This document shows, one piece after another, positions 50,540-59,971 of a DNA stretch of 64,000 nucleotides. Numbering within the stretch: the first letter of the stretch is position 1; each line of letters opens with the position of its first letter. The position numbers were made by a program, and so were the translations under genes. Origin of the DNA: Longimicrobiales bacterium (lineage in GTDB: Bacteria; Gemmatimonadota; Gemmatimonadetes; Longimicrobiales; Gaopeijiaceae); assembly GCA_965226375.1 (NCBI GenBank), contig CBDDCX010000008.1, positions 2,206,798 to 2,270,797 of the forward strand, read 5' to 3'. The notes below the pieces were generated by a model. That model was not told where the DNA came from, did not search any database, and worked only from the letters and a program-made list of their open reading frames with translations.

Positions 50540-52788
50540 TCAAAGCGCCCACAGGTAGGTCAGCTTCACCACGCCGGTCCGCCTGTCCAATGCCGACTCC
50601 CGGAAATTGATCCCGTCTTCGAAGAAGTACCCGGTGTTGAATACCACGAACAGATCCGACCCCGGCGTGTGGATCCAGTTGATCCGCATGTTGGCCTGGA
50701 GCTTCTTCGAGTCGTTGTCGTACTGGATCAAGGTCTCGGCGAAAAGCTCGCGGTTTATGGCCATCAGGATGTTGGCGCGCAAGATCGTGGTCGAGAAGTC
50801 GCCGTTGGCCACTGGCAGGCGGATGATGTTGTGATTCGCAGTCAGTTGGACCTCGAGGTGCCTCGAGAACTTCATGGTGGGCCCACCGCCGAACGTGGTC
50901 CGCGTGCCGCCGAAAAACCCGCCATAACTGAGCGCCAATGACCCCGCCAACGGCCGGCTCCAGTAGGGCCGGTAGCTCAGGTTTCCGGTCGTGAACGTGT
51001 AGTCCCCCGCAGCGATCGTCACGTCGTCCCGAATCTGAAACGGGACTTCGAGACGTTCGAAGCGACGCGTCACGCCGCCCCCGCCTCGGTCCGCGTTCTC
51101 GAGCGAGAACGAGAAGTCGGAACTCAGTTCGGTCGACTGCTTTTCGTGATCCTGACCCTCGATGTAGTCGCCGCCAACGGACAGGGAAACCTGGCGAACG
51201 AACCGGTCACCCCGACCGATGCGTGGCGAGATCCCCGCCTTCCCGCTGTAGCTGATCATGTTCCGGCGGCGTACGAACCCGATCCCAGGATCGAAGTCGT
51301 CCCCGACGTTCAGATAGCCCAACTCGAACAGATAGAGATCCGTGTCGATGGTCAGATCCGCGGCGCCGGCGAACGAACGGCCGTCTCCGTCGGACGACCA
51401 GACGCTCGTGGCCCAAGCGTCGAACGTGCTTCCGCTCCAAAAGCGGGCCGCCACGTCCCCGCCCAACGCGCGATTGTGTTCGCCGCCGCCTTCACGATTC
51501 GTGAACAGCGTGCCGAGGGTCAGTCCTGGCAGCACCTCGCCCCGGATGCGGGCGACGCCGAAGTTGGTCCCCGGATCGTCGATCTCGTTCCTGGTCTGGA
51601 GATCAAGCACACCAACCGAGATCGGACCGGCCTGCCCCGTAGTCCGTGCCCCCGCCAGAATGTCGTTCGTAATCCCGATGCGACGGCTGAAGAATGTCTC
51701 TGTGCCCCGCGATCCGAACTCGAACAGGCCCGACCGCTCGAGAAAGAACTCACGTTTTTCGGGAAAGCGCAGGCTGAATCGAGTGAGGTTGATCTGGACG
51801 TTGTCCGCCTCCACCTGGGCAAAGTCCGTGTTGTACGTGAGATCGACCGTGAGGTTGGGCGTGATGCCGTACTTCAGCCCTGCCGGCCCGTCGCTCTCTT
51901 CTCATCGAGACCGAAGTCGGTGTCGGTGTCATTCTCGACGCCTTCCACACCCAGGTTGACCTTCTGGGCGCCGGCGAGCCCATAGGGTTTGATCTCCAGG
52001 TTCCGCCCGGGACGCACGTTCTCGAGGCCGACGATCGTCGCGTACTGGGACGAGTGCGGAAGACCCCAGAAACGCTTGTAGTCGAGATCGATGAGTGGCC
52101 ACATCACGATCTCGTTCTTGCGCACGATCCCCCGCTCAATCACCACACCCATCTCGATGGGCTCCGCCGGATCGAAGCGAATGGTGGTGAAAGGAATGGC
52201 CACCTCCAACACCCATCCTTCGTCGTTGACCTGACCCTGACTCTCGTAGACGCCCTCCCAGTTCCACGCAATGTCACTCTCGTCCGTGACTAAAGCGTCA
52301 CCCTGCGTTCCGAACGAATTCAGCTCGAACAGATATGCGTTCCGATCGTCGTTGTAGGAGTCCAGTCCGATATGAACGTGATCGTCCTGGGGGATGAGGC
52401 CCTCGCGCTTCATTACTGTGCGCCTGATCTTGTCAGGCTCCGAGTCGAAGAGCGTGAGCCCGAAGTAGAGGGCGCGTTCGTCGTAAGCGATGCGCACCTC
52501 GCTTCTCTCCGTGGGCTCGGCACCCTCATTCGGCACGCGCTGTTTGAAGCCGCTGATGGGCTCGATGGTCCGCCAGAACAGCTCGTCCAACACCCCGTCG
52601 ATGCTGGGACGATTTTCTACGTAGGTGGCGTGAACCAAGATGTCGCTGTTCCGTCGCGCACCTGAGGTGGAGGCGTCCCTGCCTACTTCCTGGGCGAACG
52701 CCGGCTGCAGCCATGCGCCAGCCAGAACGACCGGCACCAGGGCAGTGCCCGGGCCTTGAAACCCGAAAAGAGGGCGCTTCAGGAGCAT
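50540..52788 (-). pseudogene. CBM9-like/DUF5916 outer-membrane protein, frameshifted near 51890
   Basis: IDGVLDE..W, W..EVAIPF..IRF, LEIKPY, then KYGITPNLTVDLTYNTDFAQVEAD and FPEKREFFLE in another frame. Confidence 0.8.
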
Positions 52789-52899
52789 GGTTGAGGCGGC
52801 GGCATCCTCATCATGAGACGAGCCCCTCTCAAGATATTGGCCTCTGCACCCCGTCGGGCCCGTTGTCCGAGTCCTGTGCGCTCGAGTTGTTCGGCATCC

Positions 52900-53091
52900 C
52901 CCAGTCGGTTCGCCTCCCGTGACCAGGAGGATCCACGCCCCCTGGAATTCGATGACCGCAGAGGTGCCGCCGTATTCGCGAAAGAGGGCGGCTCCAAGGA
53001 CGTCTACATAGAACGAGCGAGCTCGCTCTACGTCCTCCACAACCAGAAGAAGCGTCAGTTCGACGCCCTCGACGGGAAACTCATTGGACAT
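52900..53091 (-). pseudogene. N-terminal half of a VOC/glyoxalase protein (cassette-type gene)
   Basis: LLVVEDVERARSFYVDVLG; follows the R' box GTTAGAG; similarity appears to stop after GGEPT. Confidence 0.7.
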
Positions 53092-53199
53092 GCCCTACCT
53101 CGCCCCCTTCCTCGCACTCTAACACAACTTGAAAGCACGCCCCCTGTGGGTACCGTGGAGTTGCGAAACGACCATGGACCACAGCAGAGGGCGGCTCTC

Positions 53200-54291
53200 A
53201 TGAAGCGGAACACCAAGTATGTGGGACTCGACGTGCACCAGGCAATGACGGTGGCGACGGTTCGGGGCCAAGGGGGACGAGTGATCGCGCGCAGCGTGAT
53301 CGAGACGGGGGACGCATCGATCACGGAGTTCTTCAGCGCGATGCGCGGGTCGGTGCACGTAGTGTTCGAAGAGGGAACCCAGGCGCAGTGGCTCTACGAC
53401 CTACTGAGTCCTCGTGTGGATCGGGTGATCGTATGCGATCGCAGAGGCGAAAAGCGTTCGGGCAACAAGGGGGACCAGGTCGATGCCGACGAGCTGTCGG
53501 AGCGGTTGCGGTGTGGCGGGCTGCGCGCGGTATACCACGGCGCACACGGCCGATCTGATCTCAAGGAGCTGACTCGAGCCTATCGCAACCTCGTCGAAGA
53601 CGGCACGCGCGTGATGCTGCGGCTCAAGGCACTCTTCCGTGCGCGGGCGATCCGAACCACGGGCGGCGGAGTCTACCAGCCGAAGCAGCGCGGCGCCTGG
53701 CTCGCGCAGCTACCGGAGGGAGGAGCTCGTCTACGAGCCGAGACCCTGTACGCTCAGCTCGATGTGCTTCGGGCTCAGCGCAAGAAGACCAAGGCGGCCA
53801 TGGTCGCCGAGGCGAAGCGTGATCCGGCCTTCGGGGTGCTCGAGACGATCCCCTACTTTGGGCCCGTGCGTATCGCACTGTTGCTAGCAACCATGGGTAC
53901 GCCGTGGCGCTTCCGCACGAAGCGCAACCTGTGGGCCTATGCCGGACTCGCCGTGGTCACGCGCTCGAGCTCCGACTACGAGTTGTTCGATGGGCGTCCT
54001 CGCCGGCGGCGGCGCCCTCCGCTCACTCGAGGGTTGAACCGCAACCACAATCGAGTCCTCAAGAATGTCTTCAAGGGCGCCGCCAACGTAGCCATTGGAC
54101 GTCCGGGCCCATTCCTGGACTTCTATAACCGAATGCTCGAGCGCGGGATGCGCGAGGAGCTCGCCCGTGTGACGCTGGCTCGCAAGCTCGCAGCGCTCAC
54201 CCTTCGTCTACTCAAAACCGGAGAAGTCTTTGATCCGACGCAGCTGAGTCGACCCCAAACATTGAGGGGGGTTCATCGTCCTAGGGTGTAG
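53200..54291 (+). CDS. IS110 family DEDD recombinase/transposase
   Basis: YVGLDVH, VFEEGT, KGDQVDA, WAYAGL..RSSS. Confidence 0.93.
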   Translation: MKRNTKYVGLDVHQAMTVATVRGQGGRVIARSVIETGDASITEFFSAMRGSVHVVFEEGTQAQWLYDLLSPRVDRVIVCDRRGEKRSGNKGDQVDADELSERLRCGGLRAVYHGAHGRSDLKELTRAYRNLVEDGTRVMLRLKALFRARAIRTTGGGVYQPKQRGAWLAQLPEGGARLRAETLYAQLDVLRAQRKKTKAAMVAEAKRDPAFGVLETIPYFGPVRIALLLATMGTPWRFRTKRNLWAYAGLAVVTRSSSDYELFDGRPRRRRRPPLTRGLNRNHNRVLKNVFKGAANVAIGRPGPFLDFYNRMLERGMREELARVTLARKLAALTLRLLKTGEVFDPTQLSRPQTLRGVHRPRV

Positions 54292-54695
54292 GGGTGCAGC
54301 GCATGACCTTCGATCCCTTGGAACGTCGAATCCCTGGACGACGGTGCGGGAGGCAGTCTCAAGCAAATCCGTACGCCCGGCTCGCAGTCATGCCGAGGCA
54401 CGATCCTAACTCCAGGCCCTTCCGCAGAACCCGAAGAAGTGTCAGGCCGGCCCCGAGGCTGAGTCTCAGATAGAACCATGGTTCGCGTCGTACGACCTAG
54501 GTCCACTCAATCAAGTCCAGACGGATCGACCATCCAAGTGAGGATCATCGTGGCCGACACGAAGACTGACTCATCCAGCACACCACTCCCTGACGATCCG
54601 GTCATTCCAGCCAAGCGGAGGCTGAGTGCCAAGCCCAACACGGCTTCGCAGACAGCCGGGGCGGAGCCCGGCCTTGACACTCTCTTTCATAGAAC
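54292..54695 (+). ncRNA. Putative bridge/seek RNA region of IS110 copy 2
   Basis: One visible substitution versus copy 1; CCTAAC at 54405, ATAGAAC at 54470; TTGACA close to the right end. Confidence 0.6.
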
Positions 54696-54786
54696 CAATT
54701 TGCGATCCTGCTGCGCCTCAATCTGGCCAACGCCATCGAAGTACGCGAGCTAGATGTCTACCGCGACTGCAGCAATCGCTTGTTAG
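54696..54786 (-). other. attC site core, separated from its R' (53117-53123) and native R'' (58454-58460) by two insertions
   Basis: Rebuilt: GCCTAAC-AAGCG-ATTGCTGC...GCAGCAGGATCGC-AAATTG-GTTAGAG, ~100 bp imperfect palindrome. Confidence 0.82.
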
Positions 54787-54817
54787 GGCAATAATATAGT
54801 TGGCTAACCCATAAATT

Positions 54818-56516
54818 TTATTCGTCGTTGCCTGATGGCTCCTCGGGTGCCTCCTCAAGTCCGTCCATGAATTCCGTCTGCAAGTGCTCGGGCGATAGAG
54901 GAAGGTCGCTGACTCGGGTAACGGGAACGCCCACCTGTTTCCCGAGTTTCTCGATGTCCTTGTCGTCGGAATAGATTTCCGACGCGCCAGAGACCTTAGC
55001 GATCGCAACGATCTGGCGATCGAACTTGAGCTTCGCCCACGTCTGCGCACCGGCCTTCGGTGGTTTGTTGCCGAGTTCGCCCCTCAGCATGACCGCCACT
55101 TCGATGGCGGCGCGTTGGTCGAAGGACTCAATAATGAAGACCGCCTGGCGGTTTAGCGTCTCGACGATCCCCGTCGCTTCTTTTGGCGCCAATGGGGTAT
55201 TGCCTTAAGTCCACCGCCCACTACATGTTGTGGTCATGGCGGTTCCGGCTTCTCAGCTCCGTGGCGGCGTGGACTATCCCCGTACGCGGCTGGAGCTGGA
55301 CGAGTTCTTCCCCGACGATGCGGCATGCCTGGAGTACGTGGAGGGTCTGCGCTGGCCGGAAGGGTTTGTGTGCGTGGGCTGTGGCGGGTTGGGAGAGGTC
55401 TGGCGAGCATCGCGGGGGCGTCTCGTCTGCCCACACTGTCGAAGGCAGACCTCGGTGCTGGCGGGAACCGTGTTCCACCGCACGCGCTCGCCCCTGCGTC
55501 GAAGGCAGACCTCGGTGCTGGCGGGAACCGTGTTCCACCGCACGCGCTCGCCCCTGCGTCTGTGGTTTCTCGCTGCCTGGGAGCTCACGAGCCAGAAATA
55601 CGGAGCCAATGCTCTCGGGCTCCAGCGCGTGCTCGGACTGGGAAGCTACAAGACAGCGTGGGTCTGGCTCCACAAGCTCCGCCGGGCCATGGTCCGACCG
55701 GATCGCGACCAGCTGAGCGGCGTTGTGCAAGTGGACGAGAGCTATGTCGGGGGCGTGGAGGCTGGAGTGCGGGGCCGCGAGACGATCAAGAAGGCCATCG
55801 TCGCGATCGCCGCCGAGGTCGACGGACGCAAGATCGGGAGAATACGGCTGCGTTGGGTGCCCGACCTCTCCGCTCCGGTTCTGCGAGGCTTCGTCAAGGA
55901 TAGCATCGCACCGGCAAGCACGGTGCATACCGACGGATGGCCAAGCTATCAGGGACTCGCCAAACTGGGCTTTCGCCACACGGTCACGAACCTCTCGACC
56001 TCCGGCGATCCCGCTCACGTGCTCATGTCGGCCGTACATCGGGTGGCGTCTCTCCTCAAGCGCTGGGTCCTCGGAACCCTCCAAGGAGGGATCGCCCGCG
56101 AACACCTCCCCTACTATCTGGACGAGTTCACCTTTCGCTTCAACCGACGCACATCCCGGGCTCGCGGCCTGTTGTTCTACCGCTTGCTTGAGCAGGCTGT
56201 TCAGTGTGCTCCCACGCCAGCTTCGGCCCTTTACCTCGGCACCGGACGTGGGAAACGGCCCGCAGAGCCCCGGTAACCACTATATCTTGGGGTCGGTGGA
56301 CTTAAGGGAATACCCCCTTGGCGCCATTCTTACCAGCGCCTCACTGAGGGAGGGCGTGGGAATGACGATTTTCGTGCCAGACCGATCCAGTTCGGATATG
56401 AGGTATTCTACGCGCTTCCGAGGTTCCACAACTGGCTTGCCGGAGGGGTCCCGCGGCGGCCCAGGGGCTCCGGGTTGGAGGAGTAGGATAAGCATGGAAG
56501 CGTCAATCACTACCAC
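54818..56516 (-). pseudogene. PIN-domain (VapC-like) nuclease interrupted by IS1595 A copy 4
   Basis: Joined across the TSD: MVVIDASMLI..IPTPSLSEAL..KFDRQIVAIAKV.GASEIYSDDKDI. Confidence 0.85.
55192..56318 (+). mobile_element. IS1595-family element A, copy 4, with in-frame 60-bp duplication (transposase 55230-56276)
   Basis: TSD TGGCGCCA; 55441-55500 repeated at 55501-55560. Confidence 0.95.
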
Positions 56517-57255
56517 TGGCTAACCGCCCTCGCCTGATTTCCCCTAGTTCCTCATAGGCCCCATCGTCCCATTCTCCCGCAATCGCGCGAAGCTCCGTCA
56601 GGGCACTCCCTAGCGTCGTAGGCTCAAGCCTTCCAAAGCTATCGATGCGGAAATGCTTGAGGAGCCACCGCCCTTCACCATCCCGTATCCAATATCCCTG
56701 ACCACCGAGGCGCACTGGCTCGAACAGATGGTGAGCCAAGCTCTTCGCAAGGTGCCTATTGGTGTGGCAACCAGCGATTGGTTCACCTTCGTACTCCATG
56801 AGCACCGGGATACTGTCCCCTGTGCCTCCCACGCGAACGACTACGCCGGAGATACTTCCGGCCTGGTTCACAGCGGAGAAGACCTCCTCCGCTTCCTCCC
56901 TACCCGGAAAATCCAGAACCTTGGCGCCTCTCTTTCCCTTTCTCAGAACCGCCCGCGCGTTGTCCTCTCGAAGGAATTTGTTCACCATCCGATAGGCGGT
57001 CTGCGCATCGCGCGGCGCTCCTCCGAGGCGAACGGCCTCCGTCCGTGCATGAACCTTAGGAATCGCCTCGTGCTCGATCTTCTGTACAAGGGTCGTGCTT
57101 CCTTCCTCGATCTGCACCAGGTGGACGGACTTCGGCTCTCCGAGGATCGCCGCTAGTCCCGCCAGATACTCAGCGAGGCGTGCCATAGGCATCGTCTCGG
57201 GCGTGAACGCCTCGATCTTGAAGAGATACTCGCCGGGTATCGGCCCGTTAGTCAC
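56503..57255 (-). CDS. Uncharacterised 250-aa protein, partner of the PIN nuclease
   Basis: Clean ORF overlapping the PIN start; beta-rich C-terminal half (possible OB-like fold, inference). Confidence 0.8.
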   Translation of the reverse strand: MTNGPIPGEYLFKIEAFTPETMPMARLAEYLAGLAAILGEPKSVHLVQIEEGSTTLVQKIEHEAIPKVHARTEAVRLGGAPRDAQTAYRMVNKFLREDNARAVLRKGKRGAKVLDFPGREEAEEVFSAVNQAGSISGVVVRVGGTGDSIPVLMEYEGEPIAGCHTNRHLAKSLAHHLFEPVRLGGQGYWIRDGEGRWLLKHFRIDSFGRLEPTTLGSALTELRAIAGEWDDGAYEELGEIRRGRLASGSD

Positions 57256-57404
57256 GTCGTCCCCGGCCCTTTGCTGTTGGCATTCTCCCCTACTTTTTGC
57301 TTCAACGCCTTCTTCATGCGTTCCAACCCCGCGCTTGGATCTCGGATCCGCTCGGGACTACGGTCCGCGTCTGAGGTGGGGGTGGGCTTCTTTGTTTCGC
57401 TCAT
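57252..57404 (-). CDS. 50-aa charged ORF coupling transposase and cargo (not in the ORF track)
   Basis: MSETKKPTPTSDADRSPERIRDPSAGLERMKKALKQKVGENANSKGPGTT; ATGA and GTGA overlaps with both neighbours. Confidence 0.6.
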   Translation of the reverse strand: MSETKKPTPTSDADRSPERIRDPSAGLERMKKALKQKVGENANSKGPGTT

Positions 57405-58375
57405 GAAACGCACAACTCCTGTCCGGTCAACTCGGAGTACCTGATTCGCCTGTCGATGATCCCCTTGAGGGCTGTAAGGAACCGACCGGAATCGGTATCC
57501 TCACGCATGTTGAACCTGAATGCCTGCTCATCAAGATAGCGGGTGACGTGGAACGGCTCTATGGACACGTACGTCCCGCCGATCGTCCGCTTGAGCAGGG
57601 ACCAGAAGTTCTCGATTCCGTTCGTATGGACGCGGCCCCTAACGTACTCGTGAACGTGGTCGATGACCTCGTGCATGTACTCGGATTTGAGCCCGTAGTA
57701 GCCCCAATGCCGGTCGGTGAACAGCCTCGCCCCTTCCTCGACGTTGTCCCGGACGTGGCCCTGCATGGTCCGCTTGGTCACGTCCGAGAGGACGCGGGTA
57801 CGGACAAGAGAGTGCGGGGCGTTATGGGGCCGCTCAAGGAGTCCCATGACGGCGGTTTTGTCGTGTCCTCCGGTCCCATGGATGACTCGCTTCCGCTTGG
57901 CGATGTGCATGTTCTTGGCCTTCCCGCCGATGTAGGTCTCATCGACCTCCACCTCGCCGTCCATCTTCTCGAAAGAGCCCATGCGCAGGGCCTCGCGGAT
58001 GCGCTGAAGCATGAACCAAGCAGTCTTCTGGGTTACGCCAATATGACGGCTCAGCTCATAACTGGAAATACCGTTCTTACAGTTCACGAGTAGCCAGACA
58101 GCGGGGAGCCATTGGGAAAGTTTGATCGGGCTGTCCTCGAAGATCGTTCCGACCTTGATGGAGAACTGCCTACGGCACGCCTTCTCGCGACACCTCCACC
58201 GCCTCTGGTTCTTGAACCAATAATGCCGACCCACTGTACCGCATTTCGGGCAAACCTGTTCGCCATCCGGCCAACGGGCATCCGCGAGGAACTGGATCGC
58301 GTCTTCCTCGTCGGCAAAGAACCGGGCCGCTTGCAGGAACGTCGCTGGAGCCTTCATTTCACTTTCGTTCGCCAT
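57401..58375 (-). CDS. IS1595 family transposase (distinct from element A)
   Basis: CPKCG..CREKAC, VEVDETYIGG, LFTD, HTNGIENFWSLLKR, YLDEQAFRFN. Confidence 0.95.
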   Translation of the reverse strand: MANESEMKAPATFLQAARFFADEEDAIQFLADARWPDGEQVCPKCGTVGRHYWFKNQRRWRCREKACRRQFSIKVGTIFEDSPIKLSQWLPAVWLLVNCKNGISSYELSRHIGVTQKTAWFMLQRIREALRMGSFEKMDGEVEVDETYIGGKAKNMHIAKRKRVIHGTGGHDKTAVMGLLERPHNAPHSLVRTRVLSDVTKRTMQGHVRDNVEEGARLFTDRHWGYYGLKSEYMHEVIDHVHEYVRGRVHTNGIENFWSLLKRTIGGTYVSIEPFHVTRYLDEQAFRFNMREDTDSGRFLTALKGIIDRRIRYSELTGQELCVS

Positions 58376-58453
58376 CGTCTTCTCGGTAGAGGGTTGTTCG
58401 ACTACCGAAATATACGGTCTTTCTTTGGATTAGTCAAGTATGTTGTTGCCCTT

Positions 58454-59203
58454 GTTAGGCTGAATCCTGCCCCGACCCTGTACTATCTCAATTGGGCGTC
58501 GAATAGCGCGAGCATTCTGTTCCAGGATTCTTCGGCGAAGCTCTCGTTGAAGACTTCGGGACGGGTGTCGTTGAAGAAGGCGTGGTCGGCGCCGTTGTAG
58601 ATGTGGATTTCGATTTCTTTCCCGACGGCTTTCAGGTCGGCTTCGAGTTTGTGGGCAACGGCGGGAGTGACAAACCCATCGTTTTCGGCGAAGAAGCCAA
58701 GCACCGGCGCGTGCAGGTTGGCCAAGTCAGGGTGCACTTCCGAGTGAATGCCGTAGTAGTTGACGCACGCGCCGACTTTGTTGTTCGCGCAGGCCGCGTA
58801 GAGCGACAACTGGCCGCCCATGCAAAAACCGACTGTGCCGACTTGGTCGCCGGTCGTAGCATCGAGTCCGAGTAGGTAGTCGACGGCGCCGCGCATGTCC
58901 AGTTCTGTGCGATCGATGTTGAGCGCCATCATGAGCTTACCCGCATCGTCGGGGCTGGTGGTCGATTCGCCATGGTAGAGGTCCGGCGCAAGCGCAACGA
59001 ACCCCACTTTGGCAAGCCTGTCGCACACATCTTTGATGTGGTCGACAAGACCCCACCACTCCTGCAAGACGATGACGCCGGGGCCACGGCCGGAATCGGG
59101 GATAGCGAGGTAGCCTTTGCACCTGCCGCCGTTGCTGGGGAACTCAACCATTTGACCTGCCATTAGCTCGCTGCAGCCTGACACCGTGAGGATTCAGTCT
59201 AAC
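58454..59203 (-). mobile_element. Integron-type gene cassette carrying the dienelactone hydrolase gene
   Basis: Starts GTTAGACTGAATCCT, ends AGGATTCAGCCTAAC (14/15 complementary); attC sequence on both sides. Confidence 0.8.
58483..59163 (-). CDS. Dienelactone hydrolase family protein
   Basis: LQEWWGL, ALAPDLY, GFCMGG, AdHAFFND. Confidence 0.92.
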   Translation of the reverse strand: MAGQMVEFPSNGGRCKGYLAIPDSGRGPGVIVLQEWWGLVDHIKDVCDRLAKVGFVALAPDLYHGESTTSPDDAGKLMMALNIDRTELDMRGAVDYLLGLDATTGDQVGTVGFCMGGQLSLYAACANNKVGACVNYYGIHSEVHPDLANLHAPVLGFFAENDGFVTPAVAHKLEADLKAVGKEIEIHIYNGADHAFFNDTRPEVFNESFAEESWNRMLALFDAQLR

Positions 59204-59269
59204 GCATTGCGATTCTGTTGCGCGGCTAAGATGGTGACCGCCGGCGAAGCGCGCGAGCCTAATGTCTAC
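59197..59269 (-). repeat. attC-family site, right two-thirds with R' GTTAGAC
   Basis: GTAGACATTAGGCTCGCGCGCTTCG...GCGCAACAGAATCGCAATGCGTTAGAC, homologous to 54696-54786. Confidence 0.78.
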
Positions 59270-59574
59270 TAACCCAGAGAGCCGCCCCAACGAAAATTGA
59301 AATCCCGAAAAATTTGCGAGGGCAGATGTAATGACGAGATGACGCGAGCTCGTTGAAGAATCTTTAGGCTGGTGAATGATCGAGGGCAAAGTTGGAGCGG
59401 GAAGAGGCCAACGACCGGAGGGCCAGAGACTGCCAGGGTAGCGGAAGACGTACATGTAGGCGTTGAGCCGTTGGACTGTCCCTACTGCCATGCGTGGGGC
59501 GTTTGAATATTGCCGGAACCCACGAAGGCCCTCGCCTGATAATCATGCGGAAATGGAAGCTCGAAACGGCTTCA

Positions 59575-59602
59575 GCTTAACATAATAACGATTATACGGA
59601 CC
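59575..59602 (-). other. dif-like XerC/XerD recombination site
   Basis: GGTCCGTATAA-TCGTTA-TTATGTTAAGC versus E. coli dif GGTGCGCATAA-TGTATA-TTATGTTAAAT (9/11 in each arm, 6-bp spacer). Confidence 0.85.
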
Positions 59603-59734
59603 TTGTGAATCCATAAATTCCCTTATTTCAAGCGGGAAACTGCGGATTCCAGCGGGGCCGCTCGCGCCGAGGAGTACCCGCCGAGCCGGAGGGCTAGCCC
59701 TCCAGACCCGATCCGTCCGCCGCCCGCACCGCGT

Positions 59735-59880
59735 TCAGCTGGCGAGCGCCCGCGGGAACAGAATGTTGTCTCCAGATGGATGTGTTGGTGCAGGGACGTC
59801 TCCAGGTCGGCAAGGCCGAACCACAACGCTCTCCACGTGTTACACGCGCCCTCCGGCACCTCGTAACCATCGGTCAGAGC
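59735..59880 (-). pseudogene. C-terminal fragment of iron-sulfur cluster repair di-iron protein (Ric/YtfE)
   Basis: LTDGYEVPEGACNTWRAL..L..LE..LHQHIHLE then frameshifted NILFPRAL. Confidence 0.75.
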
Positions 59881-59971
59881 GGGGTCAACGCAGGCGCAGC
59901 GGGTCGAACCTGAACCGTTGGCCCCCCGCAGCATCTGCGATAGATTCGTACTCCCTCAAAAAGGAACACAC

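Larger units (their letters stand above)
53119..54695 (+). mobile_element. IS110-family (IS1111-like) element, copy 2
   Basis: Near-identical to 2901-4477; inserted at the AAC/GTT of an attC R' box. Confidence 0.93.
54787..58450 (-). mobile_element. Cargo-carrying IS1595-family element B
   Basis: 24-bp IRs GGCAATAATATAGTTGGCTAACCC / GGATTAGTCAAGTATGTTGTTGCC (19/24 match); 8-bp TSD CTTGTTAG at 54779-86 and 58451-58. Confidence 0.92.

Noticed and set aside
51874..53091. 405-aa ORF as a novel VOC-CBM9 fusion
   Set aside because: Read-through joining a truncated VOC gene, low-quality linker sequence and the start of the frameshifted DUF5916 gene, which has its own signal peptide.
59270..59574. 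ORF or IS end between the truncated attC and dif
   Set aside because: Compositionally odd, but I could not match it to any protein family or find a partner inverted repeat.
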